Positions 9,401 to 17,647 of a DNA stretch of 64,000 nucleotides are shown in pieces (positions within the stretch are counted from its first letter, which is position 1; every line of letters starts with the position of its first letter). The notes beneath the pieces were generated by a model. The model was not told the DNA's origin and did no database searches. It was given only the letters and a program-made list of their open reading frames with translations. The position numbers and the translations under genes were made by a program. The stretch is taken from positions 6,411-70,410 of the forward strand of contig JAITOU010000045.1 of assembly GCA_031289755.1 (NCBI GenBank), written 5' to 3'. Source of the DNA: Clostridiales bacterium. Its GTDB lineage: Bacteria > Bacillota > Clostridia > Christensenellales > JAISNN01.

Positions 9401-10225
9401 ATAGTGAACGTCGTTTGTCGCGACGGTTTTGACGCCTATGTCGGAGGCTATTTGGACGAGAAGCGGATTGACCGTTCTTTCTTCTCTCAAATTGTGGTCT
9501 TGCAATTCGATATAAAAATCACCGGGCTCAAACATATTTTTGAGCCTTTTGGCGTATTCCAAAGCTCCGTCATAATCGTTGTTCAAAAGCTTTTGCGGAA
9601 TCGCGCCGGCTATGCACGCCGAAAGGCAGATAAGACCTTCCGTGTGGCTTTCGAGTATCGAAAGGTCGATTTTCGGCTTGTAATAAAAGCCTTCGACAAA
9701 GGCTATGGAATTGAGCTTGACAAGGTTTTCGTAGCCCTTCATGTTTTTTGCGAGCAAAATGAGATGGTTTTGGTTTTCGTCGCCGTCCGCCGAAAAAGCC
9801 TTGACCGTTATATCCTTAGACGTATAAAACTCACAGCCGACTATCGGCTTGACGCCTTTCATTTTTGCCGCTTTCAAAAACTGATATACGCCGTACATGA
9901 CGCCGTGGTCGGTTATCGCGACGGTGTCCATATTCTTCCTTTTTATTACGTCAAAAAGCCTGTTGATACGGGCTGCGCCGTCTAACAGACTGTATTCCGT
10001 ATGCAAATGAAGGTGGACAAAGCCTTCCCCGTATTTTTCGGTCTTCTCCGCTTGCAGCTTTTCCGCTTCCAGCTTCTCTGCTTGTAACTTTTCTTCTTGC
10101 AGTTTTTCCGCTTCCAGCTTCTCCGCTTGCAGCTTTTCCGCTTGTAACTTTTCTTCTTGCAGTTTTTCCGCTTGCAGCTTCTCTGCTTGCAGTATATCGT
10201 TTTGTAGTATTACGCTTTCTTCCAT
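6440..10225 (-). CDS. dnaE: DNA polymerase III alpha subunit (DnaE type) with a repeat-containing N-terminal extension
   Basis: 1261 aa. PHP domain start FVHLHLHTEYSLLDGA, GPGRGSGVGSIVAY, SNPDFDVDF polymerase core. SD GAGGA 5 nt before ATG 10225. Confidence 0.95.
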   Translation of the reverse strand: MEESVILQNDILQAEKLQAEKLQEEKLQAEKLQAEKLEAEKLQEEKLQAEKLEAEKLQAEKTEKYGEGFVHLHLHTEYSLLDGAARINRLFDVIKRKNMDTVAITDHGVMYGVYQFLKAAKMKGVKPIVGCEFYTSKDITVKAFSADGDENQNHLILLAKNMKGYENLVKLNSIAFVEGFYYKPKIDLSILESHTEGLICLSACIAGAIPQKLLNNDYDGALEYAKRLKNMFEPGDFYIELQDHNLREERTVNPLLVQIASDIGVKTVATNDVHYLEQTDEEMHDILLCVQTGKTLADENRLKFSNNSFYVKSPKEMKELFAWRKEAIETTLEIAAKCEVIELKKSNLMPYYIPETGQEPKDFLRSLTYERLESRYPNPGEDIYKRIEYELDIIIKLGFAEYYLIVWDFIDYSKRHSIPVGPGRGSGVGSIVAYIIGITNVDPLKYDLLFERFLNSERVSNPDFDVDFCYEGRGKVIEYVIEKYGKDKVSQIVTFGTMAAKAAIKDVGRVYGIPYAEVERITKLIPFGKVSIGEMIGESAHSAHEGGGEDDGVIKVIPELQKMYKEDEQARKIIDMAMQLEGMPRNTSMHAAGVVICRDPVGEKVPLAKNGADVTTQYNMNELEELGLLKMDFLGLRTLTDIKKAVDYIKEDKGVTIDFDQMPFDDKNVYDLIGTGETDAVFQLESAGMKKFMMQLLPTALEEIIAGISLFRPGPMDYIPSYLRGKKNPEAIKYEHPKLEPILSVTYGCIVYQEQVMRIVRELGGYSLGRADILRRIMSKKKKEAMSAEEEVFINGLTDKDGSIVVPGAVRQGVSAETAKSLFDSMAKFASYAFNKSHAAAYAYLSYETAYLKKYYPVHYLTAVINNRIFNIDEITKYIIILKENKIRVYPPDINKSNVYFCVEGGGVRFGLMGIKNIGETAISAIVNNRAENGPFTGLADFIGRCDQAYINKRMIESLIKGGAFDCFGKTRSQLMSIYEYITDIVTSDRKTKECGQFSMFDAEMDELKIEVKYPDIAEYPDNLKLSYEKEVLGMYISGHPLNDFLDEFKKLSFNMSMISRETDGDDGEISGAAAVSVIDGDFVTAGGVLTNFSRKMTKNGKMMAYGRLEDLYGAIEVVFFPSQYEKYKYSLVNDSVIKVAGNIRISQEESPKIIINDIIVWSNSAAAVDTPLAPEKPVKSNVQKILYIKIEDNFEPTLEAVTDICREYRGDTSVRVQYDGKVFDTGLSVDYDSAPMKWELGAVITKQENIKYCEKLLDLS
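10037..10186. repeat. 10 tandem 15-bp units encoding (A/E)EKL(Q/E) pentapeptides inside the dnaE 5' end
   Basis: Protein reads AEKLQ AEKLQ EEKLQ AEKLQ AEKLE AEKLQ EEKLQ AEKLE AEKLQ AEKTE. The DNA also shows a 60-bp higher-order periodicity. Confidence 0.9.
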
Positions 10226-10267
10226 TTTTTCCTCATGAAGTGATTTTTTGCAAAGCCGCTATAAAAA

Positions 10268-10570
10268 TTATATAAAAAATTTTGTTAAATCGCTTATAGC
10301 TTTTGCTTCGTCCGCGCCCGCCGCCGTCAGCATGATTTCGTCGCCGCGTCTGAGCGAGAGCGACACCGCCAAAACGCCCATAAGGCTTTTTGCGTTGACT
10401 TTTTTGTTATTGTGATACAGCTGGATTTCGCTTTTAAATTTTGACGCCGCATTTGTAAAAGACGCCGCGTCGTCCTTTGTAAAATTCACCTTATTGAATT
10501 TCAATTCCTTTTTCAAAGCCTGCTCCTCCTTGTGTTTTGTTATATGTTCAAGCCGTCCGATATGTCGCAA
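10268..10570 (-). CDS. HPr-family phosphocarrier-like protein lacking the His15 site (Crh-like)
   Basis: The C-terminal 75 aa align by eye with HPr (ASKFKSEIQLYHNNKKVNAKSLMGVL..GADEAKAI). The Ser46 context KS(L)MG is kept, while the GxHARPA region reads NFTKDDAAS. A likelier start is TTG 10516, preceded by AAGGAGGAG, giving 82 aa. Confidence 0.7.
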   Translation of the reverse strand: MRHIGRLEHITKHKEEQALKKELKFNKVNFTKDDAASFTNAASKFKSEIQLYHNNKKVNAKSLMGVLAVSLSLRRGDEIMLTAAGADEAKAISDLTKFFI

Positions 10571-11484
10571 AGTTTTTTGAGTCTGTGCTGGACACAGCCC
10601 TTAGAGACGTTCAGCAGTACGGCGAGTTCTTCGGTAGATGCCGTGTTGTTGTTTAGGCGGCAAAGAGCCGTTTCGTATAATTCTGTCGGCAGGGCGGCAA
10701 GTCCGCCTGCGCTTTGTTGTATTTTGGTTATGGCAAGGACTTGTTTGACGCTTGCGAGAGCCGTTTTGTCGGTGTTATGCGAATCGCAGTTGGCGCGTCT
10801 GTTGGAATTGTTGCGTTCTTCTCTGACCAAAAGTATCTCTTGAAGTTCGAGCGCGCTGCCGTAGGCGCGCACAAGCGCCAAAAACGCGCCGACGCTCTCC
10901 CCGTCCTTTAAATAAACCGCGTAGGTTTCGTTGCGCTCCGCAAGCTTTGCCTTGATACCGTAGGTTTCCAATTCTTCCGCGACTCCGGCGGCAAAGCCGT
11001 CGTTTTCAAAGACGACCTCCGCATAGTAGCCGCTTTCCTCGCCCTTTTCGTCGGGGATTCTCAATGCTCCGTTTTTTAAAAACGCCGTCTGCATAACCGT
11101 CTTAAAAGCCCTTTCGTTTCGGTACTTTTCGCAAAGCTTGTCGGTAAAGCCGATAAGCCGACCGTCTTCGACGACGGCGGCGGACAAATCGTCGAGCAAA
11201 AAAAGCGTGTCCTTGTCGCTCAATTCGATTTGCTTCAAGGTTTTTTTTGTGTGCTGCGAAACGGATAAGGTGGCGTTGATTCCGTAGACCGTTTTGAGAG
11301 CTTCCGAAAATTTAAGCAAAATGGTATTTTCGCCCGCTTCCACCGACAGATAAAGCTTTCGCTCGGACAGAGTAAGACTTCCGAAAAAGAGTATTACCGA
11401 ATACAAATACGCGCCGTAATCAAAATCTTCTTCGGACAAAATATTTTCTAAAATCTCTTCCTTGACCTTGCTCTTTGCTATCAT
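10540..11484 (-). CDS. whiA: DNA-binding protein WhiA
   Basis: 314 aa. Degenerate LAGLIDADG-like core plus a C-terminal HTH (STEELAVLLNVSKGCVQHRLKKL). Conserved neighbourhood with the HPr-like gene. Confidence 0.85.
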   Translation of the reverse strand: MIAKSKVKEEILENILSEEDFDYGAYLYSVILFFGSLTLSERKLYLSVEAGENTILLKFSEALKTVYGINATLSVSQHTKKTLKQIELSDKDTLFLLDDLSAAVVEDGRLIGFTDKLCEKYRNERAFKTVMQTAFLKNGALRIPDEKGEESGYYAEVVFENDGFAAGVAEELETYGIKAKLAERNETYAVYLKDGESVGAFLALVRAYGSALELQEILLVREERNNSNRRANCDSHNTDKTALASVKQVLAITKIQQSAGGLAALPTELYETALCRLNNNTASTEELAVLLNVSKGCVQHRLKKLCDISDGLNI

Positions 11485-11507
11485 AAAATTTTATTCCGCA
11501 ACCCTTT

Positions 11508-12251
11508 TTATATGCGTCCCGATAATTCTATACCTTTTTTTAGATTTTCTATCCTGTTTATATCGAAGCCGTTCTCCGTGATAAAGCTCTCTATTCCGCC
11601 GAAAGCTCCGACATTATAGCTCGAATGTGCGTCGGTATTAGCGACAAGACGTGCGTCCGACTCAAAAAGTGCTTTGCAAATCTCCGCGTCGAGATGCTTG
11701 GCGTTTAGCTCCATATACGTTCCCGTGTCGGCGCAGACCTTTGCCACTTCCTTGATATCGACGTAAAAGGAATGATTGATATGCGGATAAATATCTATCT
11801 TATATCTTTCGAGCATTTTGATAGCGGCTCTCGTATTTTGTCTGATGATTTCCTTTGTCGGTTTAAAGACTACCGAAAAATAAGTTTTGAGATGTATGCC
11901 GTACATATCGGCTAAGGTATATGGGCGTGCGCTCGGATGATAACCGGCTATGACCAAATCAAACAATCCGAATTGCTCCCGCGTCAAATCTATGCGCCCG
12001 TCCGTGCCGACCAAATCGGCTTCGATACCGTGTAGGATTTTGATGTTCGGATATTTTATGCGGCAAGCGTCTATCTCTTTTTTTTGTTTTTGGATATCGC
12101 TTATTTTTAGGCAAAACATATTGCGGAAGCCGTGGTCGGTCACGGCGATTTCTTTTAATCCTTTTGAGACCGCCGCCGCGACGTTTTCTTCTATGGAATT
12201 TTTGCCGTCGCTGTACCGCGTATGGGTGTGATAATCGCCGTAAAATGTCAT
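11508..12251 (-). CDS. PHP domain phosphoesterase (histidinol-phosphatase family)
   Basis: N-terminal DYHTHTRYSDG and VTDHG metal-binding motifs. 247 aa. Confidence 0.8.
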   Translation of the reverse strand: MTFYGDYHTHTRYSDGKNSIEENVAAAVSKGLKEIAVTDHGFRNMFCLKISDIQKQKKEIDACRIKYPNIKILHGIEADLVGTDGRIDLTREQFGLFDLVIAGYHPSARPYTLADMYGIHLKTYFSVVFKPTKEIIRQNTRAAIKMLERYKIDIYPHINHSFYVDIKEVAKVCADTGTYMELNAKHLDAEICKALFESDARLVANTDAHSSYNVGAFGGIESFITENGFDINRIENLKKGIELSGRI

Positions 12252-12300
12252 CTGTTTTTCCTTTAAAGCAAATCGGGCGGATATGCGGCGGTCGCTTGCT

Positions 12301-13191
12301 TCAAATAATCTCTATCTCCGGCATAAGCTCCGCGCCGAACATTTCCTTGACCGTCAAACGCGCCTTTTGCATAAGGCTTATATAATCGGACGAAGCCGCG
12401 CCGCCTTTGTTGATTATAAATCCGGCGTGTTTTTCGGAAATAAACGCTCCGCCTACATTATACCCTTTAAGACCGGCTTTGTCAATAAGAAGAGCGGGTA
12501 TGACCCCCTGCGTTCTTTTAAAAACACTGCCTAAGCTCGGCTCGCGCGGCTGACACTCCGCACGTTTTTTTGCGTAAGCCGACATTGTGAGCTTGACGGC
12601 GGCTATGTCGGAAGGGTTAAGCTTAAAGGCGGCTTTTAAGACGGTAAGTCCGCCGCCTTGCAAGTGCGACGTCCTGTAACCGAAATCTAAATCCTTAGCG
12701 GAATACCGTTCTATACGCTTAGTCCCGATGTCAAAAATCTCCGCGTACAACAAAGCTCCGGCTATATCCGCTCCGTAAGCTCCGGCGTTCATATATATTC
12801 CGCCGCCGACCGTCCCCGGTATACCGCAAGCAAATTCCAAGCCCGACAAGCCGTCCTTCGCCGCAAAAGCCGCCAACTGCGGCAGCGATACTCCGGCGCA
12901 AGCTTCAATAATATCGCCGCCGAATGAAAATCCTTTGCAATCTCTAAGCGTCACAATCACGCCGTCAAAGCCGCCGTCGCCGATAAGGGTATTTGTTCCC
13001 GCTCCGAGCAGCTTGTATTTTAAGGAAGTGTTGTCAAGGACGCTCATAAGGCGGACAAATTGCGCGCTTGTCTCGGGATAAAAAACCAACGGAGTAATTC
13101 CGCCGCTTTTAAACGAGGTCAATTCTCCGCCCTTTACGCCCGATTTAAATTTTACTCCTACGGTCGTCAAAAAATCATATCCTTCTCTCAT
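12301..13191 (-). CDS. murB: UDP-N-acetylenolpyruvoylglucosamine reductase
   Basis: FAD-binding GAGTNTLI, GGGIYMNAGAYG, SLGSVFK. 296 aa. Confidence 0.92.
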   Translation of the reverse strand: MREGYDFLTTVGVKFKSGVKGGELTSFKSGGITPLVFYPETSAQFVRLMSVLDNTSLKYKLLGAGTNTLIGDGGFDGVIVTLRDCKGFSFGGDIIEACAGVSLPQLAAFAAKDGLSGLEFACGIPGTVGGGIYMNAGAYGADIAGALLYAEIFDIGTKRIERYSAKDLDFGYRTSHLQGGGLTVLKAAFKLNPSDIAAVKLTMSAYAKKRAECQPREPSLGSVFKRTQGVIPALLIDKAGLKGYNVGGAFISEKHAGFIINKGGAASSDYISLMQKARLTVKEMFGAELMPEIEII

Positions 13192-13260
13192 ACGATTATG
13201 ATATGAGAAGAAGGACGGAATATTGATTAACCGATGTTTTTTACCAAAAAAATTGCCGTG

Positions 13261-14250
13261 TTATTTGAGCTTTTCTCTTCGTTTATTTTCTAATTTTTCC
13301 AGTCTTTTTGTGCGTTCGTCCAGCTCGGTCATGGCGTTGTAGCCCATCTTGTTCATACGCATATTCGACGTCGCCACCTCTACTACTATCGCGAGATTTC
13401 GTCCGGGCATGACGGGCAGTTTTGCATAAGGAATGTCTACTCCCAAAAGGTTTTTGTAGCTCGTATGGTTGCCGAGCCGTTCGTATTGCTCCTCGTCCTT
13501 CCAATACTCCATTTCGATAATCATGTCGATTTCGTATTCGTCGATGAGCGCGCCGACTCCGAACAAATGCCTTACGTCTATTATGCCTACGCCCCTTACT
13601 TCGAGAAAATATTTGAGTATTTCGGGAGCTTCGCCGATAATTTTGTCCTTTACGCGGCGTATTATCACAAGGTCGTCAGCTACAAGCCTGTGTCCGCGGT
13701 CGATTAGCTCCAACGCCGTTTCGCTCTTGCCTATCCTGCTGTCGCCGATAATCAAAATGCCTTCGCCGTACACGTCGAGCAAAACGCCGTGAATGGTTTC
13801 GCGTTCCGCCAAAATGTCGTTGAGATACATTACGACGTCGTTCATGACCTCATAGAGAGGCGCGTGGGATATAAAGACGGGACGGTTGAATTTTTTTGCG
13901 TATTCGACTATCTCTTTTGGCGGCTCTAAATCTCCCGACAAGACAAGACAGGGTATGTCTTTTTCTAACAAGCGCGCAATGGCTCTTTCTTTTTTTTCCT
14001 GTTCGAGCGATTCAAGATAATGCAATTCCGCATTTCCGAGCATCTGGATTCTTTCCGCGACAAAATAATCGTCGTTGTCGGCGAGCAAAAGTCCCGGACG
14101 GCTGATGTTGACCGATGTGACCGTCATCACTTCGTTTTTGCCGCCGTTCTTTATGTCAAATTTGCATTTAGCAGCAAATTCGCCTATCGTTATCTTTACA
14201 TTTTTGCTTTTTTCCGATTTCTTTTTTTCGGAGCCGCCGTCCTTTGCCAT
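13261..14250 (-). CDS. hprK: HPr kinase/phosphorylase
   Basis: HGVLLDVYGEGILIIGDSRIGKSETALELI (P-loop) and a typical C-terminal domain. 329 aa. Confidence 0.92.
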   Translation of the reverse strand: MAKDGGSEKKKSEKSKNVKITIGEFAAKCKFDIKNGGKNEVMTVTSVNISRPGLLLADNDDYFVAERIQMLGNAELHYLESLEQEKKERAIARLLEKDIPCLVLSGDLEPPKEIVEYAKKFNRPVFISHAPLYEVMNDVVMYLNDILAERETIHGVLLDVYGEGILIIGDSRIGKSETALELIDRGHRLVADDLVIIRRVKDKIIGEAPEILKYFLEVRGVGIIDVRHLFGVGALIDEYEIDMIIEMEYWKDEEQYERLGNHTSYKNLLGVDIPYAKLPVMPGRNLAIVVEVATSNMRMNKMGYNAMTELDERTKRLEKLENKRREKLK

Positions 14251-14267
14251 AAATTTTCCCCGTTTAT

Positions 14268-16439
14268 CTAATTATCGCTCATGCCCTCTTCCGCCGGCAA
14301 TTCGCCTTCGGGAATTTCGGGCAAAATGATTTCCTGATATTTGCATTGATTGTTTGTGCATATATATTTTTTGTTGTCCTTGCCGTTGTAGACTCTCATA
14401 TAATTGCCGCAGGTCGGGCAAGGATACGGCGCGGGTACATCCCACGAGATAAAGTCGCAGGTCGGATACCCCGAACAGCCGTAAAAAAATCTGCCCGTCT
14501 TGGACTTTCTCTTGTAGATATCCTTGCCGCATTTCGGACATGTCGATACGGGCTTTTCGTAAGGCTTGATGTTTTTGCAGTTCGGATAGGACGGACAAGC
14601 CAAAAACTTGCCGTATTTGCCGTCTCTCACGACCATGTGCGCGCCGCATTTTTCGCAAATGATCTCGGTCACTTCCGGTTGGAGCTTTACGCTCTCGCCG
14701 CTCTTGGCGGCGTATTGTACCTTGTCGGCAAATTGCGGATAAAATTTGGCGATAATCTCCTGCCATTCCTTGCCGCCGTCCTCTATCTTATCGAGGTCCT
14801 CTTCCATTTTTGCCGTAAATTCTATATCGGTAAATTCGGAAAAATATTTGACGAGATAGTCGCATACCGTTTCGCCGAGCGTCGTCGGCACGATAAATTT
14901 TTCTTCCTTGACGCTGTATTCACGCTTGTTAAGGACGTTGATAACCGTCGCGTAGGTACTCGGTCTGCCGATACCGTTTTCCTCCATCGCCTTGACAAGG
15001 GTGGCGTCGGTATAGCGCGACGGCGGCTTTGTAAACTTCTGTTCGTGCTTCAATTCCTTTAAGAGCAATTCTTCGCCTTCGGTGAAGTTTGGAAGCACGC
15101 CGCTTTCTTCGTTATTTTCATCGGGATTTTCATTTTGAGTTTCGATTATGCTGTCGCCGTATACGGCGGTGAAGCCTTTAAAGACGATACTGCGTCCCTT
15201 TATCCTAAAACCGTAGGTGGTATCGGGCTGAGACTTGGACGGCACGGCTATACGCACGTTTAAGGTGTTGTAGACGGCTTCGGTCATTTGGCTCGCCAGA
15301 TATCTCTCGTAAATGAGCTTATACAGTCTGTATTGATTGCGGTTGATTTTGTTGTAAAGAGATTGGGGGGTGCGTTCTAAGGATATAGGACGGATAGCTT
15401 CGTGAGCGTCCTGCGCGCCTTTTTTGGATAGATATACGTTAAAGCTTTTGGGCGCGTAATCGTCTCCGTAATTTGCGACGATATAATTTTTGGTCTCCGC
15501 CTGCATATCCGACGACACTCTCACGCTGTCGGTTCTGATGTAGGTGACGAGAGCCGTTTGACCTTCGCCCTCTATCTCCACGCCTTCGTAAAGCTGCTGG
15601 GCAATCTGCATGGACATCGGCGACGACATCGAAAGCTTTTTTGAAGCGTCCTGCTGCATCGTACTCGTGGTAAACGGCGGCGAAGGGCGGTTTTTTGAAA
15701 CGCCTTTTTTGACCGAATCGACATGGAATTTTTGGTCCTTTATGTCCGCCAAAATTTTGTCTAAGGCTTCTTTATTCGGGATAGTGTATTTCTTTTTGCT
15801 TATGTCTTCAAAAACCGTCCTGAAAGGCTTTGCGTTTACATCGTCGAGCTTTAAAAGGAACGCAAAAAGATTCCAATACTCTTCCGGCACAAAGGCTCTG
15901 ATTTCTCTTTCTCTGTCTACAATCATTTTGAGCGTAGCCGACTGCACGCGCCCCGCGCTCAGATTTGAACGTATTTTGCGCGACAAAATCGGTGAAATCT
16001 TGTAGCCGATAAGCCTGTCGAGAACGCGCCGCGCTTGCTGTGCGTCGACTAAGTGCATATCTATATCTCTCGGATTTTGAATGGCGGCATTGACGGCTTT
16101 TTTTGAGATTTCGTTAAAGACTATGCGGTTGTTGTTGCCTTCTATCTCCAAAATGTCTTTGAGATGCCACGATATGGCTTCGCCCTCTCTGTCCGGGTCG
16201 GTCGCGAGAAAGACGGTATCGCTCTTTTTTATCAAGCTTTTGAGTTTTTTGACGGTATCCTTTTTTTTGTCGTAAACCTCGTATTGCGGCTTGAAGTTGT
16301 GTTCGATGTCTATTCCGAGCGCCTTTTCAGGCAAATCTCTGATATGACCGCCCGACGCTTCCACTATATAATCTCCGCCCAAGTATTTCTCGATTGTTTT
16401 TGCTTTTGAAGGTGATTCTACGATGACTAATTTTTTCAT
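14268..16439 (-). CDS. topA: DNA topoisomerase I
   Basis: Toprim start MKKLVIVESPSKAKTIEKYLG. 723 aa with C-terminal Cys4 zinc ribbons (CEKCG..CPSYPNC, CPKCG..CSGYPTC, CPTCG..CTNNQC). Confidence 0.95.
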   Translation of the reverse strand: MKKLVIVESPSKAKTIEKYLGGDYIVEASGGHIRDLPEKALGIDIEHNFKPQYEVYDKKKDTVKKLKSLIKKSDTVFLATDPDREGEAISWHLKDILEIEGNNNRIVFNEISKKAVNAAIQNPRDIDMHLVDAQQARRVLDRLIGYKISPILSRKIRSNLSAGRVQSATLKMIVDREREIRAFVPEEYWNLFAFLLKLDDVNAKPFRTVFEDISKKKYTIPNKEALDKILADIKDQKFHVDSVKKGVSKNRPSPPFTTSTMQQDASKKLSMSSPMSMQIAQQLYEGVEIEGEGQTALVTYIRTDSVRVSSDMQAETKNYIVANYGDDYAPKSFNVYLSKKGAQDAHEAIRPISLERTPQSLYNKINRNQYRLYKLIYERYLASQMTEAVYNTLNVRIAVPSKSQPDTTYGFRIKGRSIVFKGFTAVYGDSIIETQNENPDENNEESGVLPNFTEGEELLLKELKHEQKFTKPPSRYTDATLVKAMEENGIGRPSTYATVINVLNKREYSVKEEKFIVPTTLGETVCDYLVKYFSEFTDIEFTAKMEEDLDKIEDGGKEWQEIIAKFYPQFADKVQYAAKSGESVKLQPEVTEIICEKCGAHMVVRDGKYGKFLACPSYPNCKNIKPYEKPVSTCPKCGKDIYKRKSKTGRFFYGCSGYPTCDFISWDVPAPYPCPTCGNYMRVYNGKDNKKYICTNNQCKYQEIILPEIPEGELPAEEGMSDN

Positions 16440-16513
16440 GAAATATTTGCTCTCCTTATCTTTGCCGAAGCGGCGCGCCGTCGGCTTTGTATAATTGTTA
16501 AAAAAATCTTGCT

Positions 16514-17602
16514 TTATGATGCTATGGAATAATAATTGCTGCCCGTCTCTTCTATCTGACCCATTATAATCAGCGACGTCAATATCGAATTTAGCTTACT
16601 GACTTCGAGTCCGGTGCAAAGCGTCAGCTCGTCAAAATGCTTTTCGCCCTTTTCAAGCTCCGAAACTATGAGTGTTTCCATTATGTCGAGAGCTATTCCG
16701 CTTTCGGCTTTTGTTTTTCGCTTTAAATTATTATCCTCTAAAATGTCGTTTATATCGGTGACAATCGCCGCTTGTAATTTTTTGAGATATTTGTTCGCGC
16801 CCTTGCTCTCCGGCGAATATATGTTGCCCGGAACGATGTAGATGTTTTTGCCTTGTTCGACGGCGTAACTCACGGTTATGAGCGAGCCGCTGTTCTCTCC
16901 GGCTTCGGTGACGAGCAAGGACCTCGACAGCGCGCTTATTATTCTGTTTCTGTGCGGAAAATGATAATTCATCGGCGGCGTCTTGGGTCTGTATTCGGTA
17001 ATTATCAAGCCGTTTTGGGCTATTTTCTCCGCCAGCTCACGGTTTTCCGCCGGATAAACGACGTCTATGCCCGTGCCGAGTACCGCGATAGTCGGCATAT
17101 TGTTGTCGAGCGCGGCTCTGTGGGCAATCGCGTCGACGCCCTTTGCAAGTCCGCTGACAATGACAAAGCCCGTTCGCGCAAGCTCTTCGGCAAATTCCTT
17201 TGTCACTCTTCTGCCGTAGGCGGACGGAGTGCGCGTGCCGACCACCGAAAAAGCGTCGCCGCCGAGCAGAGCCTTATCTCCCTTGCAATACAAAATCAAA
17301 GGAAAATCCGGTATCTCTCTCAAATTTTCGGGATAAACGGCATCAAAAAAAGTGATATATTCCGCTCCGCAGGCGTTTAAGCCGTCTATGACGGATTTTT
17401 TGTAATCGTCGTTATTTAAAGAAAGAACGAGATTATACAGCGGCTCTCCCAATATACCGATTAATTCGCCTTTCAAGTCGGCAAATTTTTCGATAAGCTC
17501 ACACGGTTCTCCGACAAGCTCTAAGGCGTCCAAAATTCTTTTTTGGGTCATTCCTTCTATGCTGCAAAGAAACAAAAGCGACAAATTATTTCTTTCTTCC
17601 AT
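16514..17602 (-). CDS. dprA: DNA-processing protein DprA
   Basis: 362 aa. Core VVSGLAKGVDAIAHRAAL and VLGTGIDVVYPAEN. Sits immediately upstream of topA, as in many Firmicutes. Confidence 0.9.
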   Translation of the reverse strand: MEERNNLSLLFLCSIEGMTQKRILDALELVGEPCELIEKFADLKGELIGILGEPLYNLVLSLNNDDYKKSVIDGLNACGAEYITFFDAVYPENLREIPDFPLILYCKGDKALLGGDAFSVVGTRTPSAYGRRVTKEFAEELARTGFVIVSGLAKGVDAIAHRAALDNNMPTIAVLGTGIDVVYPAENRELAEKIAQNGLIITEYRPKTPPMNYHFPHRNRIISALSRSLLVTEAGENSGSLITVSYAVEQGKNIYIVPGNIYSPESKGANKYLKKLQAAIVTDINDILEDNNLKRKTKAESGIALDIMETLIVSELEKGEKHFDELTLCTGLEVSKLNSILTSLIIMGQIEETGSNYYSIAS

Positions 17603-17647
17603 ACCTTCTTCCTTGATATCCGCGCCGAAAGGGCGTGGGTTAGCCGT

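Noticed and set aside
8018-9985. 655-aa ORF on the plus strand, the third longest plus-strand ORF in the track
   Set aside because: It lies entirely antisense to dnaE, whose motifs are unambiguous. Its product is Arg/Phe/Val-rich low-information sequence with no motif and no SD. This is typical of a stop-poor antisense frame of a long gene.
14346-15062. 238-aa plus-strand ORF
   Set aside because: It is antisense to topA. It is an Arg/Phe-rich translation with no start context.
16455-16490. GC-rich palindrome GCCGAAGCGGCGCGCCGTCGGC between dprA and topA, considered as a terminator
   Set aside because: No U tract follows on the coding (minus) sense, and the topA SD comes immediately after. 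It is more likely a neutral or stabilising hairpin within a dprA-topA co-transcript.
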